A stretch of 64,000 nucleotides of DNA, taken from Macrostomum lignano. Its lineage: Eukaryota. Shown here piece after piece: positions 26,442-39,709 of the stretch. The stretch is from NCBI GenBank assembly GCA_002269645.1, contig NIVC01003216.1, positions 1 through 64,000 of the forward strand, written 5' to 3'. Under the pieces are notes generated by a model. It did no database searches. It was given only the letters and a program-made list of their open reading frames with translations, and was not told the origin of the DNA. Numbering within the stretch: the first letter of the stretch is position 1; every line of letters starts with the position of its first letter. The position numbers were made by a program, and so were the translations under genes.

Positions 26442-27260
26442 TTAACTCTTTAAAACACGGGTGTCGAACTCTCCGGTTGCTATGACAACAAAGATGCAGG
26501 CGACCCATATAGCTGGAATTCGCACAGACTCAACGCCTCGGCGACTTACTAGGCGAACTTGACTGCCGTAGCCAAAGCTTTTGAGCGCCAGCACAGAGAA
26601 GTACTGAACCCTGCTGTCCTCCTTGGCACATTCCATGCCGTTGACGAATAGAGTAAAATTGTTGAGCTTTTCCAAGCTCACGTCAAGCCTGTTGTCGATG
26701 CGACAGCCGTGACGCGGAACGGTTCAGCCGGCTCAGCCTGTCACCAACGATTTCCAGATTTGTGTAAGAAAACGAAATCTTGCGAAAAAAACGAAATTAG
26801 TACTTTTGTGGCCGTTTCCCGAATTGCAGGTGCCGCCAAAACTCCAGACGCTTTGACTGCACCCGCTAATTGCGATTGCTGATTGTGGTGCCGCTACTCC
26901 TAGATTCACGTTTTGGGTATTGTATTTCTCGCTTTATGGCAAAATCTTAACAAAAAATACTACATAAAATTGCGTCAGTATGCAGTACTAGGCAGACTTA
27001 CGGGAAATGCAACCGTGTGGACATTAACTTGGCCAAAGCTGTTCGGCCAGAGCGAGAGTTGCTGAAAAAAAGCAGATATGTTGAACAATCGGCAGGAAAG
27101 AGCGCTAGCCATCGCTTGCCAGTAGAATTCGAAACAAACATATTACTGAGTCCTGTACAGCAGGGCTCACTGCAGCTCACTCTGTACGGCTTGCACTGAC
27201 TGGTAGGGTGTCGGCATCATCAAAGCATCGGAGCTCGCTAGGTTGAGGCATTTCTTATCG
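26442..27260 (-). pseudogene. Divergent, degraded PAN + F-type lectin pseudogene
   Basis: Pieces ISGCSQS...TC, GNRW*QAE, DNRLDVSLEKLNNFTLFVNGMEC...FGYGSQVRL align with exon 2 but carry stops and frameshifts. An upstream exon-like piece ends at a GTAAGT donor near 27003; this part is weakly supported. Confidence 0.6.
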
Positions 27261-27399
27261 AATAGGTGATAGCGACGGACCCAAGAAGCTTCAAATTGCG
27301 CTAGGATTGCTACAATCTTAGCTCACAGCATTCAACAGCCTCTATGAGTTTCTGAAACTGCAGGAAATTCTTATTAACGTTAATGGAATCTCTGATATT

Positions 27400-27830
27400 T
27401 TTATAATTTGAATGGTCAATTCTACGCCCAGCTGCAATGCCACAGGTATTTTGCATCGCATTGTTCACCCCAGAGACCAGATCTGTAACTGTCAGTAGGA
27501 CTTGAGCAGGCTGTCAAATGCGGTGAAACCGGCACAACAACTGGGCCTACCAAAGCCCAAGGCTTTGTAGCTGTTTACTGCGGCTGCTAGTTATTAAAGT
27601 TAATCAAAATGCATTTACAGGTTCTTATCAAAATCGGAATCAGAAAATTTTCACTGGATCTGACCCCCCTAAGATCGCGGACGAGCAGCAAGGTCCTATA
27701 GCTAAGAAAAGACGGTGAGAGACTTAGAATTAGATTAGATAATCCGAGGAACAAGTTTACTCCATTCAAACTAGCTCACCAACCCAGATCTCTCTGGTTC
27801 CGACTAGGAGAGCTCTGGATCAACGTGCTA
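27400..27830 (-). pseudogene. Degraded leucine-rich (LRR-like) coding remnant
   Basis: NLFLGLSNLILSLSPSFL and AFDSLLKSY*QLQIWSL-type spacing with stops; pattern-based only. Confidence 0.25.
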
Positions 27831-30096
27831 AATAGTGTATTTTTATTGTCAATCTCGAATTCATAACCGAAAATGGACTTTTTGCAGGGGGTTCTAGTAA
27901 AGACGAGACTACGAGCTCTAGGGCTGGGGTGTTCTATTATATTATTAAATTCCCCTATGCAAGCTTCTGGCCATAAATGTGACTACAAACTCTCCAAAAG
28001 CACTGATTCAGAGCAATCGTGGCCCTCTGCAGACGCTAACTAGTGAATTCTATATCAAATAAGCCGATTTGATGCCTGTGTGAGCACTAAAGTACAAGAC
28101 AGTGTTGAATTCGAATTTAAAATGATTGATTCGTTAATCGACTGAAAACTGTTTGACCATTGGGTGCACTGAAAGCCTCACCATAGTACTCAGCTGAGGT
28201 CGTATTGCCGATCAAAGAACGATAGCGCAATAAATTATCCTGTCAGCTTTGACTTTCTCGCTAAATTTGCCTTATCAAAGAGCTTAAACTAATTCAGAGC
28301 TGTAGGGGTTCATTCATTCATAAATTGCTACTGTAAGAAGAGTAACGCAAACACGCACAGCAAAACTTAAACTATGAATCATGTTACTATTTATATTTTG
28401 CAAAGTTTGTGTATAAGTACAAGCGAAAATCCGAGCTGAAATCTCAGACTCGGAGCAGCCTCAAGAGGTTTTGAGCTTTGCTAGAGCAGCCAAACGAGGC
28501 TATATCTCCGAGGGAGACCAATACCAATTAGTAAGCCTTTGTTGAAGTCTTTGTTCTTTGATTATTGAGAGCTGAGTAATTGCCGGTTGGTTGAGTTATT
28601 GATCAGTTGATTTCTATTGAGTTGTTGAAATGATGCCTGCCTATTCTTTAGGGATTGGATAGAATCCACTGGGCCGATTCCGATACTCTTAGACGATTTA
28701 TTGATTTGAGTGACTTGGTACCTTAGAGTAACAGATAGGAGCACACGACTCCAACTCCGATACGGGTGAAACGTGAGTCACGTGATTTTTCCACACCCCG
28801 TATCGCTTATACACACGACAGCCCCGCATGTCAGGTGGCTTCCAAAAACCTTAATCAAATATCTGATAGTAGGAATCAATCAGGAAAGATCGAGGATAGA
28901 AACAGCAAATAGCTTGTAGATAAGAGGGAAGGAAAAATGCCATTTTAATTACATTAGTAATGACAGTACAAAGACAGGGGATTTTTTGCCGACACATCTG
29001 GGCTGAAAGTCCGTCCTCACTACTGCTTTATGGAAAAGTACGTCTACTTTCCTATTATAGTTACTGCTTGATCCGTATCAACTCGTATCTGTCTCCACCA
29101 AATATTGCTTTTGGTGACAGAGTGCTCGCTGAGAGATAACGACAGCTTCAGACAGCCAATCTCTACAGTGGCTTCCATGTTTCGGGAGTACAGCAGCTGC
29201 TCAGCAACGCGGCAGTATCATTAAGAGCAGGAATCCTGTCTAACGAGCCCCCGTCAGGAAACATTCTGTATATACACCCCTTTCATTCTAAAACGTTTGT
29301 CTATTCAAGTTGTGTTCCTATCGACAATTAGGCCTGTAGCATGCAGTAGTTGGGTGGGAGGAATTAAGGCAGCTGGTGACACTCGTGCCTGAGAGAATGG
29401 CAAGCTGACAGCTTGACAACAAGGCTTAAATTAAGCCTGCTTAGCTGAGTGCGTGCGGAAAAGCAGAAAAGTTGAATTTCTGGGCTGATGCAATTCAGCA
29501 CTAAAGCGGTATGGGGGGATGGGGAGACGTTGCCCATCAAGAGACAGGGGCGCCCATCAAAAGACAGGGGCTCCCACCAACACCAAACACAAAATATTGA
29601 GATATAAATGACACCAAATAGTTGCGCCCGTTACGGTTCCGGCTTTTTCCAATTAAAATTACTGCTTACGCCACTAGGCACTGCAGATCGTGGATGGCAT
29701 GCATGCAGGAGGATGTCTGATAGAACAGATTTAATCCGTATTCGCGTCGACCAAATGTTTTTCGAGAAGGTCGACTGAAGGTAAAATAGATTTTAAATTG
29801 ACGTTGTTTTCCAGCCCTTATAAATCATTTCAAGCATTTGCTGGTTAATAAAATATTAGTTAGATAGCCATTTAGTTTGGAAAAAACTACCTTTAACATT
29901 TCTTTTTTCTACAGATGCACTTTTACTAACGATTCATGATTGACAGCTATTTCGCGTGAGGGATCAGGCAACAGCCAATGAAAGCCATCGCGCACTTAAA
30001 TTCTAAGAAGTCTCACTGATACGTGAAAACTTAGTTTTAAAAGCTGAATATTTGTACCGAATCCTGTTGAGCAGGTTATATCAAGCTAGTAAGCAA

Positions 30097-30895
30097 ATGG
30101 CTAGTAACTTTAATAAAATTATTTCTCTGCTACTCTGTGGCACAGTTCTGCATGGTGACGTATCGCAGCAGCAGGTGACATTCAAGCGTTTTAAACAGCG
30201 CAGTTTAATCGCGCCAGCCTTCATCGGATCTGCCGCTCTAGACAGACTGTTGTGCGCTGAGCACTGCTCAAAAATACCCAACTGCTACGGATTCAGCTGG
30301 TTGCAGCATCTGTGCCGATTCTTCAACCGGACAGCGTATAGAACCAAGGCCTGGCATCCATCGGCCAGTTGCGACCTATACTCTCGGCCACTCGGTAAGG
30401 CTTCTGCTGTCCAACGTAATTATTTTGTCTCATTGAATTAGCTTATAACTGAAACTCTCTTCCTTTCGAATACCAGTAGACAATGCGGAATTGCAACAGC
30501 TTGACTTCTCTGGCTGCCAGCAAAGTTCGCAGCGACGCGACGCCTCCTGTGTGCGCGCCATCAATGGAGATGCCAAGCAAAACTTCAAGTACGGATCCTG
30601 CTCTCACACAAGCGAGCGACCGGAAATGTTTCCAGCCTGGTGGGAGGCTAAGCTGCGGATTGCTGCTCATGTCTCTTTCGTCACCATTTACAACAGACAG
30701 GACTGCTGCGCTCACCGTCTCAACAAATTCTCGCTGCAGGTGGACGGCGTCGAGTGCAACCGAGTGAGCCTGAGACTGCCGTTCTCCGTGGCCAACTTTA
30801 GCTGCAATGCTTACGGCAGCCGAGTTCGAATATTGAGCCTCAAAGATTATAGCCTCACTATCTGCGAGTTTGAAGCCTTTGGATTCTACAAGTGA
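30097..30895 (+). CDS. Secreted PAN/apple + F-type lectin, copy 5 (exons 30097-30394, 30477-30895; 238 aa)
   Basis: Signal MASNFNKIISLLLCGTVL; CAEHC...CYGFSW; donor CTCG|GTAAG; acceptor ccAG|TA in phase 1; motif H-X29-RQDCCAHR. Confidence 0.92.
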
Positions 30896-31960
30896 GGAGA
30901 AGATGAAACCAGGTGGTCTGATTGGAATGAAGTTGATAAAAATTTTACCATAATTTACTAACTGACTTTGGAATTTAATTCAAAGCTTTCCGCTAAAGCT
31001 TAAAACAATTAACTCTAGTAGAGAAAGAATGTAACTAACAGTTTTACGTTTATCTACATAACGTGTATTTTGTTCAGTAAAAATAAAGGGTTTTTATGCT
31101 GTAGCTTAAAAGCACTTAGTGCTCTCATTACTTGATGTTTTAGCTGAAACACAATTATCGATTATAAAATCGTATGTAGGATTATTGATCAGTCAATCCT
31201 TAAGCTTTTTCTACTCCTTGTCATGTGTCAAAAGGACCCCGTGAGGTTTTAACCAAATACTGAAAGTGATCTGCTAAACAGCTTTTGGGTTTGCGCATGA
31301 TCTGGTAAATGTTTGCTTTGTCTGGCAGCCTTTTTGATTTATATAGCTTTGCTATTCCAGCTTGTTGGTTGTATAACACTACTGAGTCTCTTTTTTTCTT
31401 ATCCTTCTTCTGGTTCATTCTGCTGTACTTCTCATATTCCTGTCTTATGTGCAGCACTCTGATATCTTCTGCATAGCAAGGCTTAGAAGCTTAGGATGCA
31501 TGTATCGCGTTATCGCGTTATTTCCTGCACATTCTCTACTGACTAGTAACTTCTGTTATGACTAGTAACTTTTCCAATAAGAGCTTATTGACGAATTCAG
31601 ACTCAGCCTGTAATTTTTGTTCCAACCTTGTATGTGAGGAATATTGTAATTAAAGAACACACTTTTAAATAATCAAAGCTGAATAGATTTTATTTGCTTT
31701 TAAACTCTTCCGTTTATTATTTAACTGTTTGCTTAACATTGTTGTGCTTAATGTTTAGATTTTTACCAGTTTTTAGCAATAGTCAAAACACTATACCTCA
31801 GCTCAAGTCTTCCAATAGGAGCACTTATCGGTCCGGTTCATCCTGATTGACGCCCTGCAGTTGAAGGACTAGGCAAACTCCTTGTTGTGAGACATGACGC
31901 TGTCAACTCTGAATTGGGTAATGTCTTGGGGTTCGAAATATTTGCCTTTCCAAATTTTTA

Positions 31961-32245
31961 TTATCTGTCTGTACGCGAGCTGTGCTGCCAGTGCAAAAAG
32001 CATCTCTGACTGAGCTGGTTTTGGTCCGCAGATCCGGTTGAGCAGAGACCGTCTTCGGTTTGGCTGGAGTTGCTCAGCTCAATGAATGCCTTGGTGGCCA
32101 GCTCTAGGATTTGTAGATTCACAAAGGCGTGCATATGAGATGGGAGTTGCATCCGGTTGCTTTCAGGAAGCCGCAACTTACTTGCATTGTCAGCTTGCGA
32201 GCGTTTAGTTTGAATATTTTCAAGACTGATACTAGCTGGTGCCAT
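31961..32245 (-). pseudogene. LRR-like coding remnant homologous to 7590-7740
   Basis: KLRLPESNRMQLPSHMHAFVNLQILELATKAFIELSN; 37 bp identical to 7653-7689. Confidence 0.35.
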
Positions 32246-32769
32246 CGTTTAATTTGAAGCTTCAAAATTTTCTACGTTCAAATGTTTGCTGAAAGAGGAG
32301 TCTGTAGGTCTTTCTTGGTAATCATGAGTAAATTTATTATCAGCTGAGCTGTTTAGCAAACATCCTGCAATTTTGCCCACCTCCTCTGTGACCAGCCGTT
32401 AATTTGCGCTATACTTTGCTGATTTTCGTAAGGACCTGCCAAAGAGACGCACTGAACATGCTGACCAGCCGGGCCGTATTAACTAGGTCTGGACTTGCAC
32501 TGTTGAAAATTGGTGCCGTGAGCAGCCCAAGTGGAATGGAAATAACATTAACACTGCAGACTGGAGAAGTGCACAAATAAGAGTATTCCAGCTTAGTGTC
32601 GTTTTTTTACTAAAGGCAGGGGGGTTGTGTGCACCCTGGCGCACTTTAAGCGACATGGGCACACAACCGGCGAGAGGCATTACTGCCCATTCCGCCGACT
32701 CCCCTGAGCAGGCATACAAGCGCGCGGATACGTACGCAGGCACACACTCACTCAGGAGTGTACAGCGGC

Positions 32770-32959
32770 CCTAACTTTATTTTATCGTTAGGCATGTACA
32801 CTTCACTGGGCCTTGGGGGGTTGGCTCTCAAGGCCGTTAATTGCACGAGCAGAGCCAAGCCGAGATTCCAATTTTGCCCCAAATTAATGTGACTGCACTT
32901 GGAATCGAGCCTGGGTCGCTGGCACACCAGAGCCTGCGCTAGACCGCTAGGCTACGGCC
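32770..32959 (-). mobile_element. Second tRNA-derived SINE-like element
   Basis: Head GGCCGTAGCCTAGCGGTCTAGCGC...GGCTCGATTCC (A box and degenerate B box) at 32959-32889, followed by a body and an A-rich end. Confidence 0.6.
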
Positions 32960-34245
32960 CCCCTTCCGGCTTAGTGTAGTCAATGGATCCTTAATGAGGA
33001 GTTTTAGAAAAAAATGTGCTGCTCAGAAAGAGCTTGATTCCCCATTGGGATAAAAGACTCATCCAAAACAAAGAACCAAATCTGTTTTGGTCAGATGGTC
33101 AGGATTGTCAAATGGTTTGGCATAGGCTTGAACAAGAGTCGCGTAGGTGCTTTTCAACTCTGAAAAGAATTTGGCAGATTCTCCTTCGTCGGACAGTTAA
33201 AAAAAGTCAGCAGTGTAACGCAAATCTCTGAATTCTTGTGAATTTTCAGCTGTCCATCAAATCTGAAACATTATACTCTGCGAGGCGATTTTTTTCACGA
33301 GTTCAAACACTTTGACGGCCTTTGCTACCTCGCTTGAGTTTTATTATGCGCTTTTGTACATTGTCGTCACCACTGGTTGCAGCAGTTCCACTGATGTCTT
33401 GACGCGGCTCTGAAAAACCAGCTTCTCTGCTGTTTCGCGGCTTCTCAGCATCCAGTCGGCTAAAATGGCCTGCTACTTGAACCGCTAAAGTGTTCTTAAT
33501 AGAAAAAGCGTCCTATTAACAGTTTTCGGAACCAGTTTTTTAATTAATTCATCCCATTTAGCATTAGCCAAAATACACTTGATAAAGTTATCCAGGACGT
33601 CTGTCCGTAATATCGAATATTCAGATATGAGAAAATATTTTGCCATCGTATTGCTGAAACAACCATCAGTTTTGGAACTCGAGATTAGATTACTAATGCT
33701 AAGCCAGATCGATAATAAATTAGCAAGTTTCAGCTCAATCGGTCTTGTCACATTCCATTCTCTAAGGAATCGAAAAAAGTCTCCCAATTTTGCCAAGTAA
33801 GCATACTAAACAAGCTATTCTCAAAACTTTGATGTGATGTTGCACCTGACGCAAAGATTAAATACTCTTTTAAAAGAATCCAAAAGCTCAAGTGGTAGTA
33901 AGCCTCGCTTAGCTTTAGTTGCTGTGGTACAATGGGACGCGGTCTCAAAGGAGAACGACATGGGCACGCCCGCCCTGACAAGCTGGTTAAGCAGCTCACC
34001 AAAGGCGGATCAGCATCAGCATCGATTGGCGGTTGAGCATCATGCTTTGTTCAGATCCTGCTTTCCTGTTTTGCAAATATGAGAAACCAAGAAGCATTGC
34101 ACGGCACAAACGATTGCGCATTGCGGAAAAAAAGCATTTTTCGATTTCTGATGCACAGAAAAGCAGATTAACTAAGTCCAAGCTGGAACTCCTGGAGTTA
34201 TCAAGGGCGTCCCGCTACTCGTAGCAATCTGTGCTTGGCATGAGA

Positions 34246-34485
34246 AAACTGGGCCAGATGTGCGCAACCCACAGCTCAGCCGCAGCTATTGCTTGGCGCA
34301 ACTGAAGACTGCGCACGGCTGTTCGTTTCTACGCTGTTACCCATTTTACAGCTGGGTGAACTGAAGCAATGCAGAGTCAAGTAAGTGCCTTGCTCAAGGA
34401 CACGAATTGCTCCAGTGGGATCGGGAATCGAACCCCTGACTTTCAAGTCGTGAGTCCGACGCTCTGACCACTGGGCTAGAACCCC
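34246..34485 (-). mobile_element. tRNA-derived CORE/Nin-like SINE, same family as 12091
   Basis: Reverse complement reads GGGGTTCTAGCCCAGTGGTCAGAGCGTCGGAC...GTTCGATTCCCG...GTGTCCTTGAGCAAGGCACTTAC...CACCCAGCTGTAAAATGGG. Confidence 0.85.
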
Positions 34486-34493
34486 TCCTATAT

Positions 34494-34620
34494 CAGCATT
34501 AGCTAGGTAATTGAAGGTGTGTGTGGCGACCCTCCACAGTCCTTGGACTGAACGCAGCCTTCAGATGTGCCGCGCAATAGCTGCGACTGAACCCATTAGG
34601 CAGGTGTAATCAGTTATTCG
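34494..34620 (+). mobile_element. 3' fragment of the same SINE family in the opposite orientation
   Basis: CAGCATTAGCTAGGTAATTGAAGGTGTGTGTG...CTTGGACTGAAC...GCAGCCTTCAGATGTGCCGCGCAATAGCTGCG matches 12232-12345. Confidence 0.8.
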
Positions 34621-35703
34621 ACAGAATTTTAAAACAGTAAAACTTTACAACGCGTTGACAATTTATGTTACAGGTAGATTGTCTTTGCTAGAAAAACAAG
34701 TCTAATAATTTAAAAAGCACTGATAAACTTAATTTTAATTTAGTCACCAAGCAAACGGCTTCACGAGATCTTTGAAAGAGTTTTCCCGAGTTTTTTTTGT
34801 AAAATACACCGAGACTAAAAAGAAATTATAGCCCATAATAAATTTCGATTTCAAACTTGTTAAAATAATCAATCGTTGGATAAAATATTTTTTCTTTCTA
34901 AATTCTTTGTTTTGATCTGCTCGCATTTAATATTGCTATTGCCCGCCTGCCACTCGGTAGCCATCACTTATCGCAACTTGGTTTCAAGCTGTCGCAAAGT
35001 GAATACTCGATTTTCCAGCGATAGAAGCTTGCACCTCTAGCAATTAATTGCATCGCCACGTTAACTTAGAAACAAAACCTTTTAGGGTTGGGGTCAGGGT
35101 TAGGGTTTAGGTAGTCACGTCTCTAACATGATAAACGACAGTTTTCGTGAAGTGTCAATTTTTCGATGGGTCGCTTTCACAGGACGGAAATTTCATAAGA
35201 CCGAAGTTTTACAGCGTACGTTCGTAGAAAACCTAGCAAGGACCATGCAGAATTTTCGGCATTTATGAAAACTTCGGTCTTATGAAGGATCATGCAGTAG
35301 TTTTCAGCGCTTGCATGTGGATTGCGATCTTCACTCTACTACCGGTAGTGCATTCTGTTCAAGCTGAGTATCAGGCTTTGGCCAAGAACTACTAGACTAG
35401 CAGTAGCAACACTCGGAAACGGTGAAAATTTTTGAAGGCCGGCTTGATTCAGCACGATGAATGCATGCGCAATGGACAAAGCATTTGCTGGAGCTTCAAA
35501 AAATTATTTCTTTTGAGCTTCATGATATCAAGTTGTAGCACTAACGATTCAGCACTCGTATCAAGTCGGTTAGTGCGAAATGAAGCTGAAAAAACTGCGT
35601 GTCTAGAAAGTGATGCTTTGGGGAAGAGCTTCACTCAAAATTCTGGTTCAAGATTTCCTTGGATGCGTGGGATTGGCGGGTTCGGAGAAAATCGTAAGGG
35701 AAA

Positions 35704-37147
35704 AAGGACAGTGAAGGACAGTGAAGGACAGTGGAGGACAGTGAAGGACAGTGGAGGACAGTGGAGGACAGTGGAGGACAGTGGAGGACAGTGGAGGACA
35801 GTGAAGGACAGTGAAGGACAGTGGAGGACAGTGAAGGACAGTGGAGGACAGTGGAGGACAGTGGAGGACAGTGGAGGACAGTGAAGGACAGTGGAGGACA
35901 GTGGAGGACAGTGGAGGACAGTGAAGGACAGTGGAGGACAGTGAAGGACAGTGGAAGACAGTGAAGGACATTAGAGGACAGTGAAGGACAGTGGAGGACA
36001 GTGGAGGACAGTGGAGGAGAGTGGAGGACAGTGAAGGACAGTGGAGGACAGTGAAGGACAGTGGAGGACAGTAAAGGACATTAGAGGACAGTGAAGGACA
36101 GTGGAGGACAGTGAAGGACAGTGGAGGACAGTGAAGGACAGTGGAGGACAGTGAAGGACAGTGAAGGACAGTGGAGGACAGTGAAGGACAGTGGAGGACA
36201 GTGGAGGACAGTGGAGGACAGTGGAGGACAGTGGAGGACAGTGAAGGACAGTGGAGGACAGTGAAGGACAGTGGAGGACAGTGGAGGACAGTGAAGGACA
36301 GTGGAGGACAGTGAAGGACACTGAAGGACACTGAAGGACAGTGGAGGACACTGAAGGACAGTGGAGGAGAGTGAAGGACAGTGGAGGACAGTAAAGGACA
36401 TTAGAGGACAGTGAAGGACAGTGGAGGACAGTGAAGGACAGTGGAGGACAGTGGAGGACAGTGAAGGACAGTGAAGGACAGTGAAGGACAGTGGAGGACA
36501 GTGAAGGACAGTGGAGGACAGTGGAGGACAGTGGAGGACAGTGGAGGACAGTGAAGGACAGTGGAGGACAGTGGAGGACAGTGGAGGACAGTGAAGGACA
36601 GTGGAGGACAGTGAAGGACAGTGGAAGACAGTGAAGGACATTAGAGGACAGTGAAGGACAGTGGAGGACAGTGGAGGACAGTGGAGGAGAGTGGAGGACA
36701 GTGAAGGACAGTGGAGGACAGTGAAGGACAGTGGAGGACAGTAAAGGACATTAGAGGACAGTGAAGGACAGTGGAGGACAGTGAAGGACAGTGGAGGACA
36801 GTGAAGGACAGTGGAGGACAGTGAAGACAGTGGAGGACAGTGGAGGACAGTGAAGGACAGTGGAGGACAGTGAAGGACAGTGAAGGACAGTGGAGGACAG
36901 TGGAGGACAGTGAAGGACAGTGGAGGACAGTGAAGGACAGTGGAGGACAGTGGAGGACAGTGAAGGACAGTGGAGGACAGTGAAGGACACTGAAGGACAC
37001 TGAAGGACAGTGGAGGACACTGAAGGACAGTGGAGGAGAGTGAAGGACAGTGGAGGACAGTGGAGGACAGTGGAGGACAGTGAAGGACAATGGAGGACAG
37101 TGAAGGACAGTGGAGGACAGTGGAGGACAGTGGAGGACAATGGACAG
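35704..37147. repeat. 10-bp satellite (GTGGAGGACA / GTGAAGGACA)n, about 144 units, with a ~670-bp higher-order duplication
   Basis: Directly visible. Rare variants recur at a 670-bp offset: GTGGAAGACA 35951/36621, TTAGAGGACA 35971/36641 and 36081/36751, GTGGAGGAGA 36011/36681. Confidence 0.98.
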
Positions 37148-37564
37148 CGGCAAAAAACAAAACCCATAGCAGAAAACTTGCTTAAGGAGAAAAATAAAAT
37201 TCCAGCTTAAGCTACTGTAGCCTCCCGCATGGGTTACTTCTTCGGGACCCACAGAAGCTGTCTGTCAGAGAGAAAAGTTTGTCTTAATTTGTGCAATATC
37301 CAGCCATGCCAGGGTCTCCCTGGCATGAGAATGAAAGCTTAGCTGCTCTGAAGCTCGATCCCGAATGGCGAGATGAATTTGGCGCTAACTACAATAGCTT
37401 AGGAATTTTTTCATTTAAGTAAGTTCATTTTCTTTCTCTGCTTCTCCATCGGACGCAGGCCGAGAACTCTGACTGGGAACCTGTGGGTCGCAACTTCCCA
37501 ACAGGTTAGGCTGCAGGCCAGCGCACCTGAGGAAAAGGGCGCACAACAAGTGCAAAGACTTGGA

Positions 37565-37706
37565 TCGAGTGCAACCGAGTGAACCTGACGATGCCGTTCT
37601 CCGTGGCCAGCTTCAGTTGCTTCAGTTAACTTCGGGAGCTGAGTTCGAGTTCAGAGTCTCGTCACTAATTAATCACCTGCTTTTGAGCGAAGTTGAGGTA
37701 TACTAA
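37565..37706 (+). pseudogene. 3' fragment of an F-type lectin exon 2, paralog of copy 6
   Basis: TCGAGTGCAACCGAGTGAACCTGACG...GAAGTTGAGGTATACTAAAATTCTGCGGCATC matches 43525-43670 with indels. Confidence 0.85.
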
Positions 37707-39709
37707 AATTCTGCGGCATCATTCTTAGTTCGAACAGATTGTGGCTGAGCAATGATTCTAGTGTCATTTTTTGACGCCACGCATGCAGCTAATTGCTGAA
37801 AAGACGAATGAAAGCATCGATAAATTCAGCAAACTTATAGAAATTAAACAACCAGCCTATGAATACTCATTTTAGTATATAGGATTCATTAAATTGTTTT
37901 TGTATACGTCTTGAAAGTTTTATCAACGAATGTGTTTATTTTATCCCCAACACAAAGACAAAACGATAGTTTTATATTTCAGCTCTGATACTCGTAGACT
38001 TGTCTGTATTTAATTTTTAAAAAGGAAATTTTTATTATAATGCAATTTTCAAATTTAAATTTTTTTTAACTTTTCAAGTTCTCTACATGTGAAAATTATT
38101 TTGCATTCTTCAATAAAACTGAATTTCGACTAATTCCAACTATGGATTGTTAGGGACTTTCGCCTCAACTGACATTGCTGAACGTGTGAACGTGTGAAAC
38201 GTTTCGTTGTCAATCGAAAATGAAATAAACGAGACAGGTGAAAAAGTAGTAGTAATTCTGGTCCTAAGTCCTAAAAGGTAATAAAAAGTAGTTAAAATTT
38301 AATTGTCAGAGTTTTTTGTCATGTAAAATATAGTTTAAGTAAAAAAAAAGATTCAGACTAAAATATGGCGCTTTGTTCCACTATATGGGCCGCATTCGTG
38401 TAGTTTCTACGGATTCTAATTCGAGCACTTTACTAACGACAGTAGCATATTGCAAAAATCTGCCCCTTTACGAGTATCTGAGCTATGGCTTGAAACAACA
38501 GAGGACCTTGTTTTGAGAAGGGTTAGGATTTGACAGATTGCATTGTATTAATGATTGCATTTAGCAGCACAGCGCGACCTCATTCATGCAGGACTTCATC
38601 TACAACTGATATGACTAGAGAGAATTTCTGGGCAGTTTTTAATCTAAAAAAAATTCGAAAAATATGAAGCAGAGATGAATATATATTTCTCAATTAAGAC
38701 TGAAATTTTCAAGAATGCTGTCTAAGCATTGATTAGATTTCTCACTGTGGTTGTGTGCTTGGTTGCGTCAGATGAAAATCACAGGTTCTTCTGCCCGTGT
38801 ATAGAGCCATATATTTATGATCCTTGTTTGTCCAAGGGGCTTTGGAAACTGTCACAAGGTGACAGCAGACAACGATAAAACATCAGTCATGCCCATCTCT
38901 CTGACCCTTCAGCAAGCACATGGATACGGAAGCGAGCACTAGCGCTCACACGCGGTGTACAGCGGTCTTGAATTTCTCATTGTCATCCATGTACACATTC
39001 TGCGCCTTTTAGGTTGGCCCCGTATGGTGCCCAATACGCTACGGATACTCGTCGAAGTTCGCTCAAACATTCAAAGCTGTGTTGCACTCGCACGTACGAG
39101 CTTGGACGTCGATTTAATGTTTCTGAGTCCTTTTTCCAGGCTATTTTCCTACTGAAGAATAGCAATCAAGAAAATTTCTGGCGAACTATTCTTAAGTAGA
39201 GGAGGGTGTCTTGGTTGGGGCCTGGTAGGTCTTCAAATCCCATCGCTGCCACCAGTGAAGTACAAGTACTCACGCTGTGCCTTTGGCTTTCGCAGCTGCT
39301 GCTTCTCGAAAGCTTTCTCTCAGTAGCGTAGGTGAGCTTTAACTAAGACGAGCGAATACAGCACCGAGTGCAGATTTGCAGATTAACAAACAAGGTATTT
39401 ATAGGCAGGGAATCCCCACTGCGCCAATGTGCGCAAGACCTTGCGACTCCGTTCGTGGGAAGTCGAAAGGAGCCACTTGAGTCTGAGATTTCACCTCGGA
39501 GAAACTCGCAGCTCTATGATAAAAACTCAGCGCAGACAGGCGGCTGAGCGGTCGAAGTGCAAGCAATTATGTGCAGCCAAACCTATCAATTTTGCCGCAT
39601 TTTTTGAGCTGTAAGTCTTCGCTCGATTCTTAACTTGATTCTCAAGTTATTAAACAGTAACACCAACAAAATGCTATGTTAGATAAGATCTTAATAACCA
39701 CAAAAAGCT

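Noticed and set aside
35432-37252. Multiple (VLHCPPLSST)n ORFs
   Set aside because: Translations of a 10-bp satellite whose paralogous site has only 3-4 units.
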